The notes under the pieces were generated by a model. It was not told the DNA's origin and did not search any database. It was given only the letters and a program-made list of their open reading frames with translations. 64,000 nt of DNA from a virus. This document shows positions 57,181 through 64,000 of this stretch, piece after piece. Numbering within the stretch: the first letter of the stretch is position 1; every line of letters begins with the position of its first letter. Made by a program: the position numbers and the translations under genes. The stretch is from the IMG/VR virus record IMGVR_UViG_3300043409_001033, positions 10,193-74,192 of that record. One strand, 5' to 3'.

Positions 57181-57831
57181 TTAATAATATTTGTCGATTA
57201 AAAGTTTTACCTTATCTACTAAAATTTGTGTATCGGTTACATGAGATGAGTCTGTTCTAACTATTTCAACGTTTCTACTATCTTTTGCTATACCGTAATG
57301 TTTTAAGAAATTTCCAGTAGCATCTTCCTTTATAAATATGTAAAATCCTTTATAAATCTCTAATGCTTGATTTTGTGAAATTGATACTAAATTGTTATTA
57401 GCGGTAAATTGATAGTTTTCATCAATTACATTATAAGAAGCACTTAATGTATCTAATTTTGTAACATAAGAATTTAACAAAGGAGTTATAATTGATAGAT
57501 AAGCATTAATATCTTCTAATAAATTCTTTAATGTATTTTGACTATCGGATAATTTTAAAATAAAACCAACCGTAACAGGAAATGGCGAGGTTGGAATTGG
57601 TAGTAATGATAATATATTTAGTATAGTAGATAATGTAGAAACAAATGTATTAGCGGTTGTTATTAAAGAGTTTGTTTTAGAAATTTTATTATCTATATCA
57701 ACTAAATTATATTGATACTTAATCATATCATTAGTATTAGTTGATTTTAAATTAATGTTTTCTAAATTAGCAAATGAAGATTCAATCTCAAATATGTATT
57801 TAGCAACGGTTTTAGATAAACTCTTTATCAT
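57181..57831 (-). CDS. Baseplate-region hypothetical protein
   Basis: Hydrophobic helical segment with LPIPT; C-terminal YKGF.I.I...A.D...S.....QILVD..K..ID. Confidence 0.55.
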   Translation of the reverse strand: MIKSLSKTVAKYIFEIESSFANLENINLKSTNTNDMIKYQYNLVDIDNKISKTNSLITTANTFVSTLSTILNILSLLPIPTSPFPVTVGFILKLSDSQNTLKNLLEDINAYLSIITPLLNSYVTKLDTLSASYNVIDENYQFTANNNLVSISQNQALEIYKGFYIFIKEDATGNFLKHYGIAKDSRNVEIVRTDSSHVTDTQILVDKVKLLIDKYY

Positions 57832-57832
57832 T

Positions 57833-58276
57833 TTATTCAGTAAAATTCTTTTTAGATTTGATTTTAGAAATTTGAGTCTTCATTACAGAAATATTTGCTT
57901 TTAATTTAGCAGACGCTTGTGTTAAACTAACAATAGGAGTTCCTGTTGGAGTTGATATAGCACTTACTAAATCATTTGATAAAGATTCAAGTGACGAAAT
58001 TATTTTATTGAATAAATCATAAGAATTTTGACCTAATAACAATGGTTGAGATTCATTATAAGAATTTAATCCAAGATAAATCTTTGGTGAATTAATAATG
58101 GTATAATCTTTTGAATCAATATTTACAGTTCCTTCGGTTTGGATTGATACAGATTTATCAGCAATAAATATTAAACTATCATCTTTTGCATTAAGAATCA
58201 ATCTTCCAGTACCCAAATAAATCTGTTTACCATCATAATCTGGTAAATCCTTTGGTATATAATTATTTTCCGTCAT
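57833..58276 (-). CDS. Baseplate spike (gp5/gpV-like) C-terminal module
   Basis: YDGKQI....GRL..NAK.D beta-helix, INSPKIYLG...QPLLLG. Confidence 0.65.
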   Translation of the reverse strand: MTENNYIPKDLPDYDGKQIYLGTGRLILNAKDDSLIFIADKSVSIQTEGTVNIDSKDYTIINSPKIYLGLNSYNESQPLLLGQNSYDLFNKIISSLESLSNDLVSAISTPTGTPIVSLTQASAKLKANISVMKTQISKIKSKKNFTE

Positions 58277-59783
58277 TTAACTTATAAGCCTTTAAATAAA
58301 AATCTTGAATTGATTGACACGTTCTACTTTTTTGAGCAGTTGTTATTCCATCTTTGGTTAAAGTATAATAACTAATATTCAATGCTCCGTTTGGAATACT
58401 TGCCCAAATTCTTGATAGTTTTTCACAAATTTTATAAACACCACTTATATTTGTCATATAAGAATGTAGATTATCATAAACAACTTGACCTAATGCTTTT
58501 TTGATAGAAGAAGAAGCGGACAAATCTTGGTTTCTTTTATTAAATGCTATATTTTTTCCATTAATTGTTTTCCAAGTATCTATTCCATACTGATAACGAC
58601 CCCAATATCCTTTCGATAAAGTAAAAGATTTTTGTTTAGTTACTTTATTGATAAAAGTTATTTTTAATTGTGGGCAACCTAATTGAAAATTAACCGACCA
58701 ATTTGGGATTTTAATATAATTTGAACCAATATTATATCCATTTTCACCTTGACCAATGGTTCCTTCTGTCCAAGCAATAGTATCTAATAATGCTCTAATT
58801 GGTATTGGTAAATCTTTTTCGGTAAAATTACAAAATTTGGAATAATCTAAAAAGTTTATTCTATTTACTTTTTGGTTTGGTGATATATCCGACGTTTGAT
58901 ATTCATCAAATGTATAAATACTTGGATTTTCTACTTCAACTTTATCTAATTGAAAGGAATCATCGTTCATATTGTCATAACCTTCAACAGGAAAATCTAC
59001 TAATTCATCTTCACGTGTTGAAGAATCATCAATAATAGACTCTTGTGTTAAAGTTATATTTTCTAATGATTTATTTTCAATATTATTTGATATATTTGGA
59101 GTTGAAATATTTTTATTTTGTGCTTTTACAAAATGAGATTTAGTATTTAATCTTTTTGTTAAAGGAATTGTACCTTTTGAAGAAAAAATTATAACAGAAT
59201 CATCATTGTTTATGTCTTCTGAAACAAATTTTTTATTATTCGTATCAACAGGTCTTCCATTTCTAATAATAGTTAATGGATTTCCTTCATTATCAGAAGT
59301 AAATTTTAAACTATTTTGAAATCTTCCTTCTAAAATTACATCTCCATTTTTGGGTAAAACGCTTTTATGGTCACTATTTTCAGTAAAAGAATCACTTTTT
59401 TGATAGGGGTTATATTGAGAATTATTGTTTATATTTACAATATTCTTATAATAATTTATAGTAAAAGATTCTTTCCCTTGAGTAAATGAACTTGGTAAAC
59501 CACTAACAATTCTAACAAATTCTCCTTTTATTGGATATGTTTTAATATTTCCATCAATCGGTAAAGCATACGAATAAGTTAAAATATTCTTTGGAGAGTT
59601 ATCTTCTAAAGGTCTATATTTAATGATTCCAATAATAGACCATCCTCCCAATGCTTCAAAATCAGGATGAGTATCATTTAAAACAATATCAATAACCTCT
59701 CCAACAAATTCAGTAACATTTGGTAATGAAACTTGTTTTTGAGGGGGTCTTTGAAACTCTAATGATGTTGAAATTAATCCCAT
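58263..59783 (-). CDS. Baseplate hub/spike protein (gp5-like N-terminus) with a lambda R-type lysozyme domain
   Basis: V.DIVL...HP, YP..GE.V, GD...EGRF.NS..F; C-terminal RALLDTIAWTEGT, GRYQ...TW, NQD, LS..WAS.P. Confidence 0.75.
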   Translation of the reverse strand: MGLISTSLEFQRPPQKQVSLPNVTEFVGEVIDIVLNDTHPDFEALGGWSIIGIIKYRPLEDNSPKNILTYSYALPIDGNIKTYPIKGEFVRIVSGLPSSFTQGKESFTINYYKNIVNINNNSQYNPYQKSDSFTENSDHKSVLPKNGDVILEGRFQNSLKFTSDNEGNPLTIIRNGRPVDTNNKKFVSEDINNDDSVIIFSSKGTIPLTKRLNTKSHFVKAQNKNISTPNISNNIENKSLENITLTQESIIDDSSTREDELVDFPVEGYDNMNDDSFQLDKVEVENPSIYTFDEYQTSDISPNQKVNRINFLDYSKFCNFTEKDLPIPIRALLDTIAWTEGTIGQGENGYNIGSNYIKIPNWSVNFQLGCPQLKITFINKVTKQKSFTLSKGYWGRYQYGIDTWKTINGKNIAFNKRNQDLSASSSIKKALGQVVYDNLHSYMTNISGVYKICEKLSRIWASIPNGALNISYYTLTKDGITTAQKSRTCQSIQDFYLKAYKLNDGK

Positions 59784-60158
59784 TTAAGCTTGTGCTATTT
59801 TGGTAGTCTTTTTATGTTCTTTTAATGATTCTTTTAAGAATGATTCCAATGCCTTTGAACTTAAATCATCCTCTTCATCAGTATTTGTATTAGTAGGTTG
59901 GTTAGCACGCCTAACCAACTCCAACATTTTCGGAAAAGCATCGTTGTTTTTAATACGAGCTTCAACTAATCCTTTGATATTTGCTACAAATAATGGTAAT
60001 TGTTGTGGGTCTTCTTCAACAAGTCTCATTGAATCCATAATAAAACTATCTAATGTTTCATTATTTTCATTAGCGTTTTCGTAGATTTTTTCCATAATGT
60101 CTTCTACTTTGACATCTTTAAAAACCGTTTGTTTTAAAAAATCTTTTTGTTTAGCCAT
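59784..60158 (-). CDS. Conserved hypothetical protein
   Basis: VFKD....DIMEKIY.N...KNND...KM...V.R helical pattern. Confidence 0.55.
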   Translation of the reverse strand: MAKQKDFLKQTVFKDVKVEDIMEKIYENANENNETLDSFIMDSMRLVEEDPQQLPLFVANIKGLVEARIKNNDAFPKMLELVRRANQPTNTNTDEEDDLSSKALESFLKESLKEHKKTTKIAQA

Positions 60159-60163
60159 ATATT

Positions 60164-60577
60164 TTAAAAATTATATTTAAACCAGTTATCGTTAAATGGT
60201 AATTGAGATTCAATTTGACGATGTATTTTATTTAATATTTTTTGTGCTATTACAGAAGTAGGTGGTTTTACATCGAAACAATAAGCAACTCTTCCAATGC
60301 CGTAAACAAATGTTTTAAGTAAAATTCTTGGAATTTTAATATCTAATAAATCATCTTTATTGTACTCTTCATAAGATATAGAACCAATCCTATCAATAGG
60401 ATTTATAAACATATTCAATAAGTCAGATAAAAAATCTTGACTTAAATGAGACGATTTAGTTGTTTGAAGTCCTTGCAACCAACACTTACACCAAAAAAAT
60501 TCATCTTTTGTCAATTTAAAATAAATTAATTTTTCATAATAATCTATATTAAATGCCTTTTGTGTGTAATTCTCCAT
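60164..60577 (-). CDS. Hypothetical protein
   Basis: 137 aa ORF with phage-like codon usage. Confidence 0.5.
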   Translation of the reverse strand: MENYTQKAFNIDYYEKLIYFKLTKDEFFWCKCWLQGLQTTKSSHLSQDFLSDLLNMFINPIDRIGSISYEEYNKDDLLDIKIPRILLKTFVYGIGRVAYCFDVKPPTSVIAQKILNKIHRQIESQLPFNDNWFKYNF

Positions 60578-60587
60578 ATTTTAATAT

Positions 60588-61349
60588 TTAAACTTCTAAT
60601 TGATTAAAAATATCTTCAATCTCATCTACTTCATCAATTTCATAATCTATTTCTGATATATCGAAACCATCTTCATTTACATATCTTCCTCTATATGTGT
60701 TATACATTGTTTTAATAACGTTAAAAACATTCATAAATTTAACATTAGAAACATTTACAATATTTTTTACATATAAATAAATACTTTTTCTATCTAAAAT
60801 ATCAATTTCATATCTTGATGAAATAATTGAAAGGATAGCGGATGCGGTTGCTAATTCTACTTTAGATTCAAAATGTTTATGAATATTTTTTTCCACAAAC
60901 TCTACAAAATCTTCGGTAAAATAATCCGTTCTCAACTCTTCTTTCATATAAATATTAGAATCGTGTCTTTTGTAACATATATCAGAGTTATCTACTTCTT
61001 CATAAGTTCCTTTTTGTAAGATTCTATTATAATTTTCTCTATTATAATTAATAAGAGTTATATAAACTGCTTTTGAAAAATAAGAATAAGCTCTTCCTGC
61101 TTCGGGATTGTATAGATTTATTTTTTCTAAAATTCTACATTCAATATCGTGAATGTATTGTGGCATTGTATCTGCATCGGAATAATGAAATTTATATCTA
61201 TGTATAACATTTTCAATGATTTTTCTCATTGGTTTATGAATATACATTTCGTATAAATAACTTCTTTCTTGTGGATTTGTAGATTGATTATAAAGTATAA
61301 TCGCTTCTTGTGTTTTTTTGGTAAAATAAACTATTCTTTTCTTTGCCAT
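60588..61349 (-). CDS. Late-transcription sigma factor (T4 gp55-like); start revised to ATG 61349
   Basis: YFT..T..AI..YN...R..LY...IH.P...I.EN.IH..KF...EKI..YNP..GRAYSYF; the track start lies in a terminator. Confidence 0.75.
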   Translation of the reverse strand: MAKKRIVYFTKKTQEAIILYNQSTNPQERSYLYEMYIHKPMRKIIENVIHRYKFHYSDADTMPQYIHDIECRILEKINLYNPEAGRAYSYFSKAVYITLINYNRENYNRILQKGTYEEVDNSDICYKRHDSNIYMKEELRTDYFTEDFVEFVEKNIHKHFESKVELATASAILSIISSRYEIDILDRKSIYLYVKNIVNVSNVKFMNVFNVIKTMYNTYRGRYVNEDGFDISEIDYEIDEVDEIEDIFNQLEV

Positions 61350-61363
61350 ATTTGATTGAAAAC

Positions 61364-61395
61364 AAAAAAAGTTCAAGAGAAACCCAAGAACTTTT
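61364..61395 (-). terminator. Probable terminator after the tRNA/small-gene cluster
   Basis: AAAAGTTC...GAACTTTTTTT hairpin with U-tract. Confidence 0.55.
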
Positions 61396-61433
61396 CTAAT
61401 TAAACTTAAACGTAAAATGAAAACAAAATCCCT

Positions 61434-61703
61434 TTATTTAAACTGCTCATTTAAAGATGTTTGAATATCTTTTAATAAATTAAAGAAATAACCTATTTCA
61501 TTATCGGATTTAAAATGACCTCTTTGGTCTACTTCTTCAATTCTTTTTTGTGAATTGCCTATTATTAATTTTAGATTTTCGTAAAAATTTAGAAAAAATT
61601 CATTAGCTTCTTCACTTATCTCTAACTTTCTTTGAGAATTTATAAATAAATAGATTACTAAAATATTTATAATAATTGATATTGTTAAGAATGTTGATAA
61701 CAT
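61434..61703 (-). CDS. Small membrane-anchored protein
   Basis: N-terminal TM helix; D.RG.F.SD.EIG.FF motif. Confidence 0.6.
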   Translation of the reverse strand: MLSTFLTISIIINILVIYLFINSQRKLEISEEANEFFLNFYENLKLIIGNSQKRIEEVDQRGHFKSDNEIGYFFNLLKDIQTSLNEQFK

Positions 61704-61722
61704 TTTTGTTTTAATTGTTTTG

Positions 61723-61804
61723 CGGAGAAAGTAGAAGTCGAATCTACAAGAGTTTCACCTCGACACCTTAGCAGGGTGTTGCAATACCATTATGCGATTT
61801 CTCC
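61723..61804 (-). tRNA. tRNA-Ser(GCT)
   Basis: Acceptor GGAGAAA/TTTCTCC, anticodon arm ACACC-CTGCTAA-GGTGT, long variable arm, TTCGA T-loop, G discriminator; no encoded CCA. Confidence 0.92.
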
Positions 61805-61809
61805 AGTTG

Positions 61810-61882
61810 TTGCGGATGCAGGACTCGAACCTGCGACCTTGAGGGTATGAACCTCACGAGCTACCAACTGCTCCAATCCGCT
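61810..61882 (-). tRNA. tRNA-Met(CAT), initiator (fMet)-like
   Basis: A1:A72 mismatch, A11:U24 pair, anticodon arm TGAGG-TTCATAC-CCTCA, GGTTCGAGTCC T-arm. Confidence 0.9.
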
Positions 61883-61891
61883 ATTTAAACA

Positions 61892-61944
61892 AGACATGAT
61901 GCAATACAATCGAATGACCAGTTCCAAGCTTTTACACCATGTCT
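61892..61944 (-). ncRNA. Structured RNA hairpin immediately 5' of the tRNA pair; function unknown
   Basis: 13-bp stem AGACATGGTGTAA/TTGCATCATGTCT with two G-U pairs that form only on the minus strand. Confidence 0.35.
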
Positions 61945-61951
61945 AATATTT

Positions 61952-62116
61952 TTACTTAGATTTAACTCTATTTAAAATTTCTACTCTAAGATTTTTTGTT
62001 AATTTCCCTAATTTTAATAAAGAAACTCTTGCTCTTGTTGCAGAAGATTTGTTTCCAGTTAAATGTTTTTGATAATCTAATTTAATAGATTCTACTAATT
62101 CTAATAATTCTTCCAT
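61952..62116 (-). CDS. Histone H1-like Hc1-family protein (54 aa; missing from the ORF track)
   Basis: MEELLELVESIKLDYQKHLTGNKSSATRARVSLLKLGKLTKNLRVEILNRVKSK matches the GNK.A.TRAR...L.L......R Hc1 pattern. Confidence 0.75.
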   Translation of the reverse strand: MEELLELVESIKLDYQKHLTGNKSSATRARVSLLKLGKLTKNLRVEILNRVKSK

Positions 62117-62147
62117 TTTGTAATTCTTCTTTCTTTTTAAATACTAA

Positions 62148-62324
62148 TTAAAATTGAGTTGGTAAAACGTCTATCCTACTTGGATTAAATCTTGTAGGAA
62201 CTTTTACGATATGATAATTTGATTTTAGAGAATCTAAATCATTTCTTGATTGGACATAATCATCAATTTGATTTTGGTCTTCTAAATGACCTACCTCTAC
62301 ATAATATACTAAAATTGGCTTCAT
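62148..62324 (-). CDS. 58 aa protein resembling the portal clip segment (missing from the ORF track)
   Basis: MKPILVYYVEVGHLEDQNQIDDYVQSRNDLDSLKSNYHIVKVPTRFNPSRIDVLPTQF; paralog of the adjacent ORF. Confidence 0.6.
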   Translation of the reverse strand: MKPILVYYVEVGHLEDQNQIDDYVQSRNDLDSLKSNYHIVKVPTRFNPSRIDVLPTQF

Positions 62325-62331
62325 AAATATT

Positions 62332-62634
62332 TTAAATTAATTTTAAATCTTTAAACAATTTTAAAATTTGGTCACTATGAAACTCACTAATAATTTTTCC
62401 TTCGGGAATCAAATCAGATAATTCAATAGTTTTATTTTCTTTATATGGTGATAATAATTCTATTTTACTCTGAGTATTTTCGTAACAAGGAATAAAAATA
62501 GTATTGTAATCTTCGCTAAAAATTTCCAATGAATTAATTACTTTATCTATATAATCGTTGATTTCCGAAAAATCGTGTACTGAGAAATTTTTTAATCCTA
62601 TATATACTACCAATGCTGGCTTGATATTTTCCAT
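62332..62634 (-). CDS. Paralog of 62148..62324
   Basis: KPALVVYIGL...EINDYI...YNTIFIP....SKIELL. Confidence 0.6.
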   Translation of the reverse strand: MENIKPALVVYIGLKNFSVHDFSEINDYIDKVINSLEIFSEDYNTIFIPCYENTQSKIELLSPYKENKTIELSDLIPEGKIISEFHSDQILKLFKDLKLI

Positions 62635-62670
62635 AATTTATCTTTTATACATCCATAACATATAGCAATA

Positions 62671-62931
62671 TTAAAAAGTTCCCGAATATTCAATTAATTT
62701 TTTGTTTTCTTCAAATATTTTCATTATAACTGAGCAATACTCGTATGCTTCGATACTTACAAAATATTGCTCTAAATACCTTAAATATTTCTCAATGGGA
62801 CTTGTCATCTTATTAATCATTAAATCGTCTCTAAGAGCATTTAAAATGACTACATTCTTATTAAATACTTCTTTTGGTGTTAGATATTTAGCTAATTCTT
62901 TGGCTTGTTCAACATTGAGATATATTCTCAT
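62671..62931 (-). CDS. Hypothetical protein (UVR-like C-terminal motif)
   Basis: YFVSIEAYEYCSVI pattern. Confidence 0.5.
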   Translation of the reverse strand: MRIYLNVEQAKELAKYLTPKEVFNKNVVILNALRDDLMINKMTSPIEKYLRYLEQYFVSIEAYEYCSVIMKIFEENKKLIEYSGTF

Positions 62932-62952
62932 ATAAAAATATTTATTTTTAAT

Positions 62953-63228
62953 TTAGTCAACATCAAAAATAGTTCTGATAATAGTTTCTTTTATAACACT
63001 TTTTAAATTATCTGAATTTGAATGGTCAGTTTTATATTTTGTTAATAAAGGACTAACTAATTTAGCACTATCATCAGGGGTTATTTCTAAATTAAAAGTA
63101 TTATTAACAGGGTTAGAATCTAACACTTTATAATCTAATTGTCTTCCAGCTTGAGAAAATCTTCTTGAAAATTTTGACATTACTTGTAAGACAGTTGCTT
63201 TTATTGGATTTGGGAATGTTTCAATCAT
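62953..63228 (-). CDS. Hypothetical late protein
   Basis: Late promoter at 63236-63244; C-terminal LKSVIKETI. Confidence 0.5.
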   Translation of the reverse strand: MIETFPNPIKATVLQVMSKFSRRFSQAGRQLDYKVLDSNPVNNTFNLEITPDDSAKLVSPLLTKYKTDHSNSDNLKSVIKETIIRTIFDVD

Positions 63229-63249
63229 GTTTTATTATAAATATAATAA

Positions 63250-64000
63250 TCAATCTATAAAATGATTAACAGACTTTTTCTTGTCTACAAACTTCTTATG
63301 TTTGATTAATTTTGGATTAAGTATTGAATTTTCTTCTCCATACATTTCATAAAAAGTTTGTTCATCATCAAGTTGTACTGGAATAGATTGTTCTTTATAC
63401 TTTCTTTTTATAGCATGATATTGTTTTTTAGTCATTTTGAAACTAAAATATTTATAAAATTTAGCATAATATTTATCGGTAAATTCATAAATTTTATTAT
63501 AAACTTTATCATCATCTGCAACAGTAAGAATTAAATCTTCACTTTTTAATTTTGTAAATAATTCTTCTGGGATAGAGTATTGATTTTTAACATCTTTAAA
63601 ATCAAAAGTTCCATTAAAAGAAATAAAATATTCTTTATTGGTAATACCTCTTTCCATAATAGCCATAAATCTATCAGGAACTCTTAATTTTTTAATAAAT
63701 GTAAAAGTAAAATAATCTACTAAAGGAAATCTAAATATTTTTGAAGGAGCAGTATTTTTAGTAGACTCTGCCTTTGTATGAAAATTACGAGGTTGTCCTA
63801 AATAATCACTTTTTACAGGTTTAGTTAAAGCAAACATAGTACTCCCTTTAAAAAAGTATTTTTCTAAATCTTTATAAAGATGTTTACAAAACTCATCAAA
63901 ATCAGCTTTAGAAATCTTTTCTCTTTCCATATACAAAGAAAATCTCCAACATTCTATTTTTTCAGCTTCTTCCTTTGTCAATCTATCTCTTAATACTATC
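63250..64000 (-). CDS. Hypothetical protein, probably 5'-truncated by the window edge
   Basis: The frame stays open upstream of the TTG at 63981 to the window end. Confidence 0.5.
   Translation of the reverse strand, partial: IVLRDRLTKEEAEKIECWRFSLYMEREKISKADFDEFCKHLYKDLEKYFFKGSTMFALTKPVKSDYLGQPRNFHTKAESTKNTAPSKIFRFPLVDYFTFTFIKKLRVPDRFMAIMERGITNKEYFISFNGTFDFKDVKNQYSIPEELFTKLKSEDLILTVADDDKVYNKIYEFTDKYYAKFYKYFSFKMTKKQYHAIKRKYKEQSIPVQLDDEQTFYEMYGEENSILNPKLIKHKKFVDKKKSVNHFID

Noticed and set aside
59784-60158. Terminase small subunit
   Set aside because: Size and helical content fit, but there is no recognisable motif and it is not adjacent to terL.
61892-61944. A third tRNA gene
   Set aside because: Too short and no cloverleaf; reported only as an unexplained hairpin.
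1251-62935. All plus-strand ORFs in the track (60-123 aa) and short nested minus-strand ORFs (5925, 24976, 27085)
   Set aside because: They lie inside or antisense to longer, motif-bearing minus-strand genes, or cross a terminator, and have shadow-like composition.
1-64000. Stop-codon reassignment as seen in some large Bacteroidota phages
   Set aside because: Core genes are full length under code 11, TAG and TGA both end genes at sensible junctions, and neither tRNA is a suppressor.

Overview
AT-rich 64 kb segment of a large T4-like myophage. Essentially every real gene is on the minus strand and uses the standard code 11. The host is probably a Bacteroidota member, inferred from the lack of Shine-Dalgarno motifs, A-rich start contexts, an Hc1-type histone-like gene and a TAnnTTTG element. 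The window holds most of the morphogenesis region: terminase, portal, prohead protease, scaffold, major capsid, neck, sheath, tube, tail chaperones, tape measure, baseplate, spike with lysozyme and fibre/appendage proteins. It also holds a gp55-like late sigma factor with a repeated ATATTTATA late promoter, a primase, a T-like holin, a GH19 endolysin, and tRNA-Ser(GCT) and tRNA-fMet. Best candidates for new biology: (1) a virion O-glycosylation system, with two glycosyltransferases (one HPAT/SERGT-like, one lectin-fused) next to mucin-like Thr/Ser-rich virion proteins and a strongly enriched S-G-S motif in outer virion proteins; (2) a late-expressed polyprotein with an Acb1-like 2H phosphoesterase between putative prohead-protease sites; (3) a zinc-finger/endonuclease/DNA-methyltransferase fusion behind the capsid gene; (4) small proteins resembling the portal clip domain; (5) a stand-alone ValRS C-terminal tRNA-binding arm. 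All family assignments come from motif recognition by eye; no database searches were run.
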